From the NCBI RefSeq assembly GCF_016433145.1, contig NC_058134.1, forward strand, positions 34,878,957-34,942,956: 64,000 nt of DNA, written 5' to 3'. The stretch is from Gracilinanus agilis (taxonomy: Eukaryota). Positions within the stretch are counted from its first letter, which is position 1. The number at the start of each line of letters is the position of its first letter. Under the pieces are notes generated by a model. The model had not been told where the DNA came from. It did no database searches and saw only the letters and a program-made list of their open reading frames with translations. Made by a program: the position numbers and the translations under genes. Positions 13,990 to 26,885 of the stretch are shown here, one piece after another.

Positions 13990-14940
13990 TAGTTGTGATC
14001 ATGGTCAAAGGATATGAACTGGCAATTCTCAAATAACGAAATGAAAACTCTCTTTAGCCATATGAAAAAATGCTCCAAATTACTATAAATTAGAGAAGTG
14101 CAAATTAAAATAACTTTGAAGTGCCAGCTCATGCTTTATCAGACTAGCCAATATGACAAAAAATAATAAATATTGGAGAAGATTTGGAAAATTTTGGATA
14201 CCAATTCACTCTTAGTGGAGCTGCGACCTGGTCCGACCATTTTGGAATACAATTTGGAATCATGCCCAAAGGTCTGTATAACGGTACATACTCTCTGACC
14301 CTGCAATACCACTATTATGTCTGTATCCCAGAGATAAAAAATAGAGATAAAGGACCTATTTGTACAAAAACATTTATAGCAGCTCTTTTTGTGGTGGCCC
14401 CAAACTGGAAACTGAAGAGATGTCCATCAACTGGAGAATGGTTGAACAAATTGTGTTGTATAACTGTAATGGAATGACAAAATGATCACCAAAAAAGCTT
14501 GGAAAGACTTATGTAAAGTGATGTAAAGAGAAGTAAGCAGAACCAGAAGATTGCTGTACACAGTAACAAAAATAGTGTACAATAATCAACTGAAAATGAC
14601 AACTATTATCAACAATGCAAGGATTCACGACAATTGCAAGTGAGTTATGATGAAAAAGGCTACCCACCACCAAGGAAGGAAGTGATGGAGTCTGAATGCA
14701 AATTAACACATTCCATGGTTCACTTTATTTCCTCCATGAATTTTTCTTTACTGTAAGTGATATATATCATTTTATAACATAATGAATATGGAAATCTGAA
14801 TTGCATGATACCATGTACAACCTATGTCATATTACCTGCTGTCTTGGGGAGAAGGAAAAAGAACAGAGTTGACAAAATGTCAGAAAACAATTATTAAACA
14901 TCATATTGACATGTAATCTGGAAAAAATAAAAAATAAACA
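13990..14940 (+). mobile_element. Old L1 3' fragment
   Basis: Translation CTKTFIAALFVVAPNWKLKRCPSTGEWLNKL is the L1 ORF2 end; followed by 3'UTR and an A-rich tail. Confidence 0.88.
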
Positions 14941-16280
14941 AAAATGTGGAAATACACTCTATCAGCATAAGTGCCTTCTCTGCCACTTAAGCTCTTAAGA
15001 ATTACTTGAAAAGATGAGGCTAAATGATTTGCCCAAATTTGCCCAACCAGTATGTGCTGGAAACGGAACCTGACCCCAGATTTATCTAACTTTAAGAGTA
15101 ACATTCTGCTTTTCTTAATTCTGGGTCTTAGAAATGTTGATTGATTGATTGTTGAGGTTCTAATAATTTGTTGTTTGTTGGATATGATTACTTATTAATT
15201 GGGGAAATAAAAAAACCACTTGCTAGCACCTTTCTAATTGTCACCTGACACAATAGGGCTTTTTCTACTCAGCCCTGGTTCTTTTCCCACCAGGCCTGCT
15301 CTCATTCTCTGAGTAAGCCCAGAGTATGAGTAATGCAACCCAGTCTTCCTTGTTATATGGCTTTCAAAGTAGATTTAGACTCCATGTGGGTCAACAACTT
15401 TGGTATTTAGCAGTGATTCTGAGCAGATAATGGAAATATTTCATTTCACATTTAGGTCAACTTGACTTTGTTGATATTTCAACTTACTGTACAAAATTGA
15501 ATTGAGGGACAAAGCAAAGGGGGGATCTGCACATCAGGGGGTGGGTGAAGGGGAAGGAAGAGGAGCCCAGAGAGGCTTTTAAAAGCTTCAGTCTATTGAA
15601 ATGGTCAGGGGCCTCAGCTGGCTGAAAGACACAAAACAAGGGTACCAGGGCCTGGATGAAAAATTCATATAAAGCCAAGAGAAGTCTGAGTAGGACAATA
15701 GGAATGTACTCTTCAGTAATGACAGACCAATGGAAAGGGGGATAGTCTGTCTGGAACATTTGTTGGGGAGTCCTCTGCCACTAATGATGGGCACATGATT
15801 AAAACAACAAACCAATCCCTGACAGCTGCTTTCCTTCCTTAAGATCTTCCCTGGTGGCAGACTCAGTTCTGATATCCAGTCTCAGAGAAGAGAAAGCTAT
15901 TGCTGTCTTGGCCTCCCTCCCCATGAAGTAAGCATGCCAATATTTGTGCCTATGAAGCATTCTCAAGTCAAAAAATATCCTCTGTGGTGAGTGAAAGCAG
16001 GGTTCTGGGTCTGGCGTCAGGAAGCCTCCATGGTTCAAATTCTGCCTTATGCACTTAAAACCTTTGGGACTCTGGAAAAGTCCTTTAATTTCTTGGTTCC
16101 TCAGTTCCTTCTCCTGTAAAATGAGTCACATGGACTTGAGGGTGTCTAAGGTTCTTTTTGATTCAAATCTATGATTGTAGGATCAAAGATTCAATGACAC
16201 CATCTGTCTGATTTTATATCAGACAAGTATCTCTGTGGATCATGGTTTTTGTCTTTATAAGGTCAGTCAACAAATATTTA

Positions 16281-16655
16281 CCAGTATCCCTTCCACATCT
16301 TGGGGATTAGGGGAAGGACACCCCTGAGATCTGGAAAATCTGCATAAATTTTTTGGCCCTCCCTTTATGCCAGAGAAGAAATCTGAATTTTTTCTTTTTA
16401 CTCTCTTGAGTATTTATAGTAAAAGAAATCATGTATTTTTATGGTATTAAAAATAAAATATATTGATAATATACAATGCTCCTCATAAACTTTATGCCTT
16501 TATGAGATTCTAAACCTTTTCTGTGTTATCTTCTGGCCTTCATTTGTCTTCTGTGGTTTCCTCAAACCTCCCCCCAAATTCCCATTTAATTTCTTATGCC
16601 TACACATGACAGCAAAACCCTGATGAGGAGAATTGTAATGTGGAAGGGAAACCTG
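16281..16655. mobile_element. Tigger/pogo-type MITE (MarsTigger-like) inserted in an L2 tail
   Basis: Imperfect TIRs ccagtatcccttccacat / atgtggaagggaaacctg flanked by TA; L2 tail sequence continues on both sides. Confidence 0.75.
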
Positions 16656-18032
16656 TACTTGCTATATGTCAGGAACTATCCTAAGTGCTGAATTCATAGG
16701 CACAAATAATGGCAGAATCACAGGGAGTTTAATTTCAAAGGGTGAAGACAATGATGGAGTTGGAATCAGTAGCCTCTGAGGTTCCATCCAGTTGTTAACT
16801 TTGGATTGTGGTGCTTATGGTCAGAGCTTAGACTTCAGCTGTCTTTTTCCAACATTTAGAGTAGTGGTCCCTCTAATGCTCTGTACTGTCTTATCAAGCC
16901 CAGGAAAGAAGGAAGAGAATAAATATTAATTAGGTACAAATTATATATATCAGGTTCTCTAATAAGTACTTTATAAGAGCGCACAGAGGTGTCAGGATGG
17001 GAAGTAGAGAAAAATACCAAGAGAAAGAAATGTGAGCAAATAGCTTTTCTTTAAATCCTATTATAATTCCTAATACTATTGGGTTTAGATAATATGCTTG
17101 ATGCCAGACAGAAATGTAGCTAATAGAAGGTAAAGGATCACTCCAACTCTCTACTGGTAAATGGGAGAAGAGCAAATGTCTATTAAAAACTGAAAATTAC
17201 AGGTCAATGAGCTTGATTTTGTGTCCTGGCAAACTTCTCAAGTATATTATTGAAGTTATGGTGTTCTGGGTTGGGTCTGGCTCAAGCCAGTCCCTTTGTA
17301 CTTTAGGTTCAGTACTAGAACAACATAAGCCACTTATGGCTCATCCATAATTAGAAAAAGGAAGATTTAGTTTGCCACAACAGAGGAATGATTCAGCCAG
17401 GATAGGCACTGATAATTCCTTTGTCTTGGTTCAGATGAGAGAAATTTCCATTATGTTTCATCAGTATGAGCTCCTTATGACTGCTTTCTACTTATCTATG
17501 AGGAACTGATTTAAATAATCTGAAGCCTTAGTTTAATATGACACCATTTTTATGGAGAAAGTATCTTAACTTGCTTGTGGGGAAGTGAAGAAGCACTTAT
17601 TATGAGAGTTAGAATGTAGAAAGTAAAGCAGAGTTCATTGGGAATCATTGAGGCCTCATCATGGACAATAAATCCATTTCCTTTTTTAAAAGGCCTCTTA
17701 GTTGGTGAGTAACATGAGTAACATTTTGATCTAGTAGTTAGAGAGCTGGTCTCAGAATTAAGAAAATATAGGTTCAAATCCTATCTATGATGCATACTTT
17801 CTATTGACCCATTGATGTTCCAAAAGACTTCAAATCACCAATTAATTGTCTCTCTAAATAATTCTAAAAAGAGGTTCCTTTTAGTTTTATTTTTTCCATT
17901 TTAACCAATTTTTATTAATTATTCTTCTTGAAAAGTCTTATTCATCTAACAAGCGTTTATTGATCACATAGTTTGTTCCATTAGACTAGAAAAGAGATGA
18001 AAGGTGAAGTCTGGTTTTTCTCTACTAACTTC

Positions 18033-18228
18033 TTAAAAAATCCTTACCTTTTATCTTAAAATCAATTCTGTATATTGGTTCTAAGGCAATAGAACAGAAA
18101 GGGCTAGGCAATGGAGATTAAGTGACTTGCCCACAGTCACCCATGTAGAAGTGTGAGGCCAAATTTGAACCCAGGACCTCCTGAATCTAGGCCTGGCTCT
18201 CAATCCACTGAGCCACCTCACTGTCCCC
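18033..18228 (-). mobile_element. SINE1_Mdo-like SINE
   Basis: Reverse-strand head-to-tail match; degenerate TSD tctactaacttct / tccactaactct. Confidence 0.85.
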
Positions 18229-18431
18229 TCCACTAACTCTTAAATCAAATTAATACCTTAATCAATTAGTCCTTCTTACATCTCTCAATAACTATTCTAT
18301 TTTTCTAATATGCCCAATAGATAGCTGAGAATAAACTACCCACTCCAGTCAAATAAACCTGTTTATGTCTATAATTTAATCTCTCTGAGGCTTGTTTTAC
18401 TAAATTGTGAAATGTTGAGGTTGGACTAGAC

Positions 18432-19712
18432 CAGGGGTTTTTAAACTTATTTGTGTTATAGACTTTGTAGTGCAAAAGTGTGCATATTAACCCTGCAAAG
18501 CCTTACTACAGAATTTCCGACAGTTGAAAAGGGTTTAGAATCCTGACTAGTGACAGTTGATCCTGGAGTAGGAGGGTCAACTGTGCTCTATCTTTGGACT
18601 GAAAACCTGGCCAATATTCTGCAGCTTTTCTCTTAAGATTTGTTAGCTTAGCTATTTCCTTTGGATTTTCCTGACCTTCCCTTTCCCAATCATCATTTTC
18701 CCTTCCTGAATTTCTGTGGGTTTTTGAAAGGAGGGTGGATCTGGGTGGTAGCTTTCAATCTTTGTAGATTTAGTTTCCCCGTAGTCAAGTAGGGCTTCCC
18801 TTGATACAAATTATCTCTGGAATCATTATATGCAACTTTCCTACGCATTTTGAGCAACAAAACCTCAGGGGCTGAGTTAAGCAGGTCCTTTCTCAGTCTC
18901 ACATTCCTGTGTCCCTCCCCCACCTGAAGCTTTCCCTAGGTGGCTGTTAGATTTACCTTGTATCCCTCTTTCCTTTCCAATCAACCCTGAAACTCAATAA
19001 ACCCTGTTTGTCACTTAATTAAACCTTTGGCTAATTCAGTAGTTTTTTGATAAGAGAGGGAGAAGGGGAGAAAGGAATTACATTCTCTCTGAGTCCAGAG
19101 GGGAGTTGGAGGCTTCTATTTTGGAGGAGGTGGTAATCTCAATACTTCCTCTGGACTCTTCCTTTGTGAACCTGAAAAACTGACTAGAAAGCCCTCTAGT
19201 CAGTTTCAAGCCATTTCTGGCTGGCCCCAACCTTTGTCTGTAGAAGTGCCCTTCCTGCCTGAAGGGCTCAGTCTGTTTCCCTTCAGTGTCTCTGTCTCAA
19301 ACCTGTGTACCCAGTCTGTGTCTCCCTTTGCTCCACTATTGTATCCTCCTTATCCACTTTACTGTCTTAGTGATCCACAAACCCCTATCCACAGTGCCTT
19401 TATCTCCGATTATCACCTTAACCTGGTTTTGTCCCCTATTACCTACCTCCAGCCTTTAGTCCCTTACCTGCCTTACCCTCTATTACAATCTTACCTTGCC
19501 TTAATTTCCCTATTACAACCAGTTTATTACCCTACTTGCTTCATTCCATTATTACAACTCCTTTTGCCATCTGGTGAAACCTATGGACCCCTTCTCAAAA
19601 TAATGCTGTCAAATACATAATATACATAGGATTCCAAAGGAAAATAAATTAAAGTACCTATCAAAATATTTTTTACAAAAAAAGTTCACAGACCACAGAT
19701 TAAGAATCCCTA
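18432..19712. mobile_element. Old hAT-Charlie MITE (MER5/MER58-like) split by the LTR at 18466-19556
   Basis: TIR caggggtttttaaac ... ttaagaatcccta; removing the LTR rejoins the internal motif gacccctttggcagtctggtgaagcctatggacccc. Confidence 0.7.
18466..19556 (+). mobile_element. Solo ERV LTR, about 1.09 kb, probably ERV1 class
   Basis: TG...CA termini (tgtagtgc...ttattaca), near-identical 4-bp TSD actt/actc, AATAAA near 18996, C-rich U5-like end. Confidence 0.72.
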
Positions 19713-20093
19713 GTCAAGATGATTTCTGAAGTCTTTTCATGTTATTCTCTGAACCTTCTCTTACAATTCACCTATTTTTATCTTCCTCCTCAATAAGAGC
19801 TCATTCACTTGGATAACACTTTAGAAACATCTTATATATATGATCTCCTCTCATCCACACAAGAATATTATGAGAAATTCAGGTTATCCTTATCTTGTAG
19901 ATGAAGAAACTGAGGCTCAAAGAGGTTAGGCCCCTTGTCTGAGGTCACATATCTAAGAAGAGGCATAATTGGGACTGAAATCTAGGCATTTTGACACCTG
20001 ATCCATTTCATCAGTCATTATTATTAAAATAACTCACATCTCTACAGTATCAGTATATCTGTCTATCTATATATTTGTCTATCTATATATTTG

Positions 20094-20150
<57 letters not shown>
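20094..20150. repeat. (TCTA)n microsatellite
   Basis: Direct reading of the sequence. Confidence 0.97.
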
Positions 20151-22885
20151 GTTTCAAAGCTTACAGATCATTTCCTTCACAACAACCCTGTGAGGTAAAT
20201 AGTGCAAATATTATCACCCCAATTTAATTGATGAAGAAACTGAGAGAGAATAAATGTCAGCTATTAACTGATGGAGTGAAGGCTCAAGCTAAAGTATGGT
20301 GACTCCCATATTGTGCTCCTTGCACTTTATCACTGTCTCTCAATTATGCCCCTCCTTTCTTCCTTGAATGCCTTGTCCCTCTTCTCTGCATAGCCTTTAC
20401 ATAATACAATGTGGTTTCAGTCTCTTCCATCACTTCAACAACCTTCCCTGAGCAGCTGTCTTACTTTTATAATCAACCGGGCCACATTTCTATGTGGAAG
20501 AAAATATATTTTAATAAACTTCTGTGGTTTTGCTTGTCTGCTTTTATTTTTTTCAATAGTAAGCTCCCTGAGGGCAGAAATGGTGCTGCCTACAGCCTGC
20601 CTGCTTTTGCTACAAATAGGAATAGTACCTAACAGAGTGCTCTTCATTTAAACTCAATGAAACATTACCGATTAGGTCTTTGATGCTTAATGGTTAAATG
20701 CAAAAATGATTCATTGTGAGTAAGAGTAAAAGTATGGTTATACAGCCAGGTCTTAGTCTGATGGTATAACCAAAAGGAAAAAAATATATTTTCTATGTCA
20801 TTCATAGATTCAAATCCAACACGATAATCAATCATGCTTATTACAATGTCCAATATAAGGCACAGTTTTTACACATATTAAATCTAGAGCTCTGATTTTG
20901 ATATTTTAATTTCTCTTAAATGTACTCACTCCCTGAAATAATGAAATAATCAGACTATATTAACCAAGCTTAGACTACAAGTGACTAGTGAGTCTGTATT
21001 AGACTTCACAAGAAAATAATGATAAAGGGTACTAAAAAGCAATGAAAAAACCTCAACAATGATCATTTGAACCCCATTTTTCATAGGGAATAAGCAATCC
21101 TACTACCCAGTCAAAATTCATGTCTTTAAAGGAATGATATAAGCACAGAACATCTTGATTTGCATAGGACAAAATGTTGCAGATATAAGCTAGACATTAT
21201 ACCTATGAAACATAAGGTCTTGCAAAAATATTGGTAAGGTAAAAAATGGCAAAGTCTGTTCTGAGACTTTCAGAGTTCCTAATTCTTGTGTCCTTTTAAA
21301 AGACAAGTGAGAATCATTATGAATTCTCACCAACTTGATTATAGTTTTACTAAGGGATGTTCAACTGGAAGTCAGCAGAAGAAATAAGTTGATGGGATAA
21401 ATATATCATTTGAAGTTTTAAAAATAATTACTTAAGAATATAAAATTAGACTCAAGACATTTTCTATTTGAAACAAACAATGTTAACACAGATTGCTTCA
21501 AAAATAAAGGCTAAAATATAAAGCTATTTAATTTAAGGTTGAGAGATTTGGTCTCTTTTCAATCAAACCATTATTTGGCAACTTCCTCCCCAAATTCCTA
21601 TTTGGTTGTGCATTTGCATATATATATTTCTCTATAACTATATATGGTCTTTGAAAGCTGCTGCAGTAGAAAAATGACCAACCCATTCAGTCAAACTGGT
21701 GATAAATCTCAGCCTAAAATGGATATTTCTTATGAAAATTATTTTTGGGATGATTCTATTACTACTACCAGTGTTTCTGAATATATATATTGGGACTGAA
21801 TGATTGTATAGTTAGGAGACTTCAGAAATGACTAAAGGACCAGATCCAAAGAATAATCATTAAGGGGTCCAATATCAATTTGTACAGAGATATCTAATGG
21901 AGTGCTACAGGCATCTTTCTGTGGAACAGTGTTTTTTTTTATCAGCAACTTAGGTAAAACTATGGATCATGAGCTTATAAAATGTTTAAGTGAAGTTCAG
22001 AGGTGTTGTGCAGCAGAATCATCAGGAAAAATGATCTTACAGGCTAGAATAATGGGCCAAATCTATTATGATAAAATTTAATAGGAAAAATTCAACTTTA
22101 CACATTTAGGTTAAGAAAAAAATCAACATTAAAAAAATAGAACGAGGGAGGTACTATATGCCTAATAATTAACTAGAAAAATATCTGGGGTTTTTAGTGG
22201 ACAATAAACTCCATATAGGTCAATAGTTTGACATGCTTCAAGACTTTGATGAATTATTTGATTAATATAGCAATTTCCTTCTCCATTAAGATTATAGTCC
22301 ATTAATGCCTTCTTATTCTATATGATCTTTTTGTCTTGCTATAAATCTTTTAGAGAGGAGTTATGCAACATGCTGGAGGTCTTTGACTAGTTTCTTTAAT
22401 CACTTCATGGGAAGGAGAGTTGCACTTAGACTATTATACCCAGTTCTTGCTGCTGCCTGACCCATCAACTTTTCTGATATCTTGCCTTAATGATATTTCT
22501 CCCTCTATTCCTACTTCAGGAGTCATTCTTAGTTATATTTAGCAGTCAGCTCATACTTGGCATGTCTTAATGTTGTCTTTTGGGCTACCAATGATTTAGA
22601 ATCTTCACTGAATATATTTGCCTTCATTCAGAGTCAAATAACAACACTAAAAGAGTGGTAGCATTAAAAAGAAGGAGTTTTGTCTTGGAAAGCAGCTTGG
22701 GATTGTGAAAGCATTTATATAAGTTTCTAAAAGCATTCTAATCCAGTGATATGACAGCCAAAAAAGCTAACATACTCAGACTGAATTAATATGAGCATAG
22801 TGTCCAGAATAGTAACAAAATATTTATATAATGCTTTAAGATTTACAGAATACTTTCTTGACAAGAACCATAGAATCACAGATCT

Positions 22886-23025
22886 AGGGCTGAAAAGAAT
22901 TTAAAAGGCACCTAGACCAATTTTCCTTTTTCAAATTGGGAAACTGAGGTACAGAGGGCTGAAAAGAATTTAAAAGGCACCTAGACCAATTTTCCTTTTT
23001 CAAATTGGGAAACTGAGGTACAGAG
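22886..23025. repeat. Perfect 69-bp tandem duplication
   Basis: agggctgaaaag...gaggtacag repeated exactly, copies starting at 22886 and 22955. Confidence 0.97.
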
Positions 23026-23209
23026 ATGTTAAGTGTCTTGTCCAGGGTCACAAAGCCATTAAATATCTGAAGCAATATTTGAATTTAGTTCTTCCTGACT
23101 CCCAGTTTGGTGCCTTATCCACTGTGCCTTGCTACTGCTAAAACATCTTATTTTTGAAACTAACTCTTTTAGGTAAGTAGATAGTCTCATTGTGCCTTGT
23201 CTTGGTTAA

Positions 23210-23210
<1 letters not shown>

Positions 23211-23263
<53 letters not shown>
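23211..23263. repeat. (TCTA)n microsatellite
   Basis: Direct reading of the sequence. Confidence 0.97.
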
Positions 23264-23264
<1 letters not shown>

Positions 23265-24199
23265 AAATTGTTTTCAGTTTTAGAAGCCATATTAGATATG
23301 GAAAACTGGAGTGTGTCCAGATGTAGATAAAAAGGAGGGGGAGAGAAATTGAAACCACGACAAGTGAAGATTAATTGCAGGATCTGAGAATGTTTAATTC
23401 TAATCTGGAGTGGATTAGAGGCAGGGGATACCAGCTTCCTTCAAGAATCTAAAGGACTGTCACCTTGTAAGAGGTGTCCTATCTTTTCTACTTGGTTCCT
23501 GAGTACCAGAAATCGATGCTATAGATACTCACTGCAGAGAAACAGATTCTAGTGAAAGACTAACTATTAGGACTATCTGAAACCAGAATGAGCTATCTCA
23601 TGATGTGGTGTATTCTTCACTAATGGAGTTTTTAAGCAGAGGCTTAATGGTGACTCATGATACACAGAACAGAGCTATTTCTACTTAGGTATGAATTGAA
23701 CTCAATAATATCCTCTAAGGTCTATTTTGCTTCCGAGAATTTATAAGAATGTTACAGAGTTGAGAGGTGTCTGGGCTACTTGGTATAGCTATTCTTTCCT
23801 TAGCTGTTTTTTTATTTCTTTCCTATTCACCCATAGTCCCTCTGAAAATCAAGACCTTTGTCCTATGGGTAGGCCCCAAATCCTTGTGTTGGAGAATAGA
23901 CAGGGCAAATCTATTGTTCTATTATTTTATTATTCCCAAGAAGCCATGTACTAGAGGGGAATGTGGCAAGTCACAGTCTCTCTGAGCTCAGGAAATACCA
24001 CAAGAATGTGAAAAAATTTATTAAGAATTTATAATATGCCAAGCATTATACTAAGCCTTGAACATACAGTTGTAAATGCAGATAATCTCTTCCCTCTGGA
24101 AGCTTACATTCTGATAGGGAGAGACAAAAAACATAAAGAGGGTGATAGGGTGTGGCACTGCGGTTTGAAAGTTATGGAAATGATGAGTAGAGACATAGG

Positions 24200-24870
24200 G
24201 AGTAGACTAATCCACTCTTGAGGATGACAGCAGCAGTTGTATTCAGTGCAGAAGTGAAACCTTTCCCATTACCAGGGCTTACATGATGCAGTGCAGAAGC
24301 TTTTGGTGCCAAAGAAATCGCTATAGAACTATAGGAATGCCCTTTCTGAAGAATCTGTGATATCCATCTGGTGTCCATTTCTCTCTTCTTGGACACCTTC
24401 TGTATTGCCTCATCTACTCTATCACTTTGTTTTCATCTACTTCAAATGCTCCACATTCATTCTACAGCCTGGAGAAACTGGTGCTATGATATCTCTGAAT
24501 TCCTCATTCTGGAAGCCACACTATTTCAAATGGGCCCAGCCCCTGATGAGACCCTCCACACCCACCATAATCTCCTCCATCCAAACTTGGGTCAGCAAGG
24601 GTTAACCATCAAGATTTGCCTAAGCACTTTATCCATGAGCAATTTTAAAGACTTTCATGTATCTACTGAGGGGCCAAGAAAAAGAATCCAAGGCAGCCAA
24701 GTCTTCAGTGTCCATGTCAAATTGAATACAAGAAAGCCAGCAGGATGCTAGATGGTGACTTGAGTGAGAAGGACCCCTGTGACCTTATGGGTCAGCCTCA
24801 ATGAACTTATCCTTGCTGTGTTGACCATGACAAACTTCCAACTTGATATATGTAAGGCCCCTAGAGAATA
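24200..24870 (-). mobile_element. Possible ancient LINE ORF2 remnant (RT N-terminal region), family unassigned
   Basis: Minus-strand translations give KWTPDGYHRFFRK (like KxPGPDG) followed by GKGFTSALNTTAAVILKSG (like GxFPxxWKxAxVxPILKxG), across frameshifts. Confidence 0.35.
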
Positions 24871-25559
24871 TTCCTTGAAAAGCCGAAGTCCAGTTCTTTA
24901 CTCTCTCCTCTGACTTTGCCATTCTCTGTCCTTCCAACTGTTATTTCTGACCAGTTTCACTCCAGTGATAATCATCTTCTGTGTCAGAGCCAAACAATAT
25001 ATAGGAAATATTTTCTTTAAATTCACTTTCTTACCACTTCTCCATGTTTTTCCTCCTTCCCATTATAATAACAGCTGACAACATTATCTTTTTTGATCTG
25101 ACAACTTCCTCACTAAGTCAGAAGTTCATATTATAATCTACATTTTAAACAAAGTTCCAGGATATGAATTGACTTGGATGCGGTAACAGGGTGTAATCTT
25201 GAACTCAGATCTTCAACTTCCAGATCTACTGTGCCTTCCATTGCCATTGCTTCCATTCTAAATGTCTATCACTGTGTAGTCAGTTTGGATTTCAGATCAA
25301 GGTTATCCTAATTTCTTCCATGTACAATATGTTATAACTCTGATGTCCTTTGTATTTTTTTGTGCCATAGAAACATCACCTAGAATGAATTATGATGCTT
25401 CCTGCAGTGAAAATGAGGAAGAATACCAAGATCCATTAAAGCCACAGGAGCAGTTAAAATTGTGGCATAGGATTAAAAAAATCTGTGTTGTAAATGTCTT
25501 TGAAGACAGTAGACCCCATGATGGGAAATAAGAATAGACAAGAAAATAAGATGAAAGGG

Positions 25560-26410
25560 TAAATTGATGAGACAAGAGGGTAATTAAATATAGGGAAGGT
25601 TAATTAATTAGATGACATTGTGACCAAGATGAGTGAAGGAGATTGTTTAATTTTTAGTCACTAAGGAGGACATAAAGGGATCACAGTGCACAACATCGTA
25701 GAATTCCATCTTTGTGATTCTGATCATACAGAATTCAAGCTTGTAACAAATCAGAATGAGAGAAAATAACCCATTACTGGGCATACTTCTACCAGAAAGT
25801 TCTGCTGGAATGTAATGAATTGGGTTATAAAGTTGTAAATCTCCAGGGTATAAGTTCTAGGAAGTTCTCCTAAAATTGAAGGGCTATGAGCATGAGTCCA
25901 ATGATGGATTGTCAATTTCTTATCTAATGACCACCTTATCTAAGTTTGGAGAGGAAAGCTTGTCTGCAGGTCAGCAGCATCTTGTTTTGGCCATAGCATC
26001 TTGCTGAAGACCATCTACTATAGGGGTGCCATATGGTTTGACAGAGGGTATACCCACAATGATGAAATCACAGATTCTTCAGTTATTAAAGTAGGGATAA
26101 TACACTTTACTACTTCATGCTATTTTCTACTTAAAGGAACTACCTTAATGACCTTCTAGAGTGCTGATGCCATCTTGGTAATGATATCACTTTTATAGTG
26201 GAGAAGCCCTTAAAGTTCAGAGAGAAGAAAGAGTGTGTATGTAGCAAAAATATTCCCATGGAAATGTGTGTATCTGGATGGTCTTTAAAAAGAGAATGAA
26301 CTTTGTTGTATTGTTTACCAAGCACTGAATCTTTAGTACTCAATGGAATATTCTTACTCACTGATGAAATGGTGGAAATGGATGAGTAAGGTAGAATTTT
26401 GAAATATGTC
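25560..26410 (+). mobile_element. L3/CR1 endonuclease-to-linker remnant
   Basis: Decayed GGTLGGSDHxILEF-like segment near 25665 and EKAELLNSYFA-like segment near 26390. Confidence 0.55.
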
Positions 26411-26682
26411 TTTGCTGCTATTATAATTCAATAAATTACAAATGCACAAACATATACAAATGGGGAATTAGAAATACATAAAGTCTCATTATCAACAAAT
26501 TTCAGGAAGAAATATGTATTAAAACAAATTGAAAGATGTAGTCAACTAACTTGCCCTCTAAGCAGGATTAGAAGAAAAATTCTGGATGATTAAAGAGCTG
26601 GAGGTTGACGATGGCAACTTAAATTCAACATCTCAACCTAAATTGCTCATTTCCCTCCTTCCACAATTTCTTCATCAACAAC

Positions 26683-26885
26683 TTAAAAAAAATAACTCTC
26701 ACCTTCCATTTTATAATCAAAATTAAGTTTCAATTCTGAGACAGAAGAGCAGTGAGGGCCAGGCAAAAGGGGTTAAGTGACTTGCCAAGAGTCACACAGC
26801 TAGAAAAGGTCTGAGGCCAGATTTGAACTCAGCATCTCCCATCTCTAAGTTTGGTTTCCTATCTGCTGAGTCACCTTGCTGCCTC
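26683..26885 (-). mobile_element. SINE1_Mdo-like SINE
   Basis: Reverse-strand head-to-tail match. Confidence 0.8.

Larger units (their letters stand above)
21620..23700 (+). mobile_element. Fragmented L3/CR1 ORF2 3' region, interrupted by MIRs and a microsatellite
   Basis: CR1-type segments such as atctggggtttttagtggacaataaactc, acagccaaaaaagctaac and ggaaaactggagtgtgtccag. Confidence 0.7.

Noticed and set aside
19234-19620. 128-aa Pro/Leu-rich ORF
   Set aside because: Translation of the C-rich LTR end; starts at TTG.
24371-24870. Plus-strand resemblance to gypsy RNase H (FHVSTEG...NELILAV)
   Set aside because: Very low identity, catalytic Asp residues absent; the minus-strand LINE reading is at least as good.
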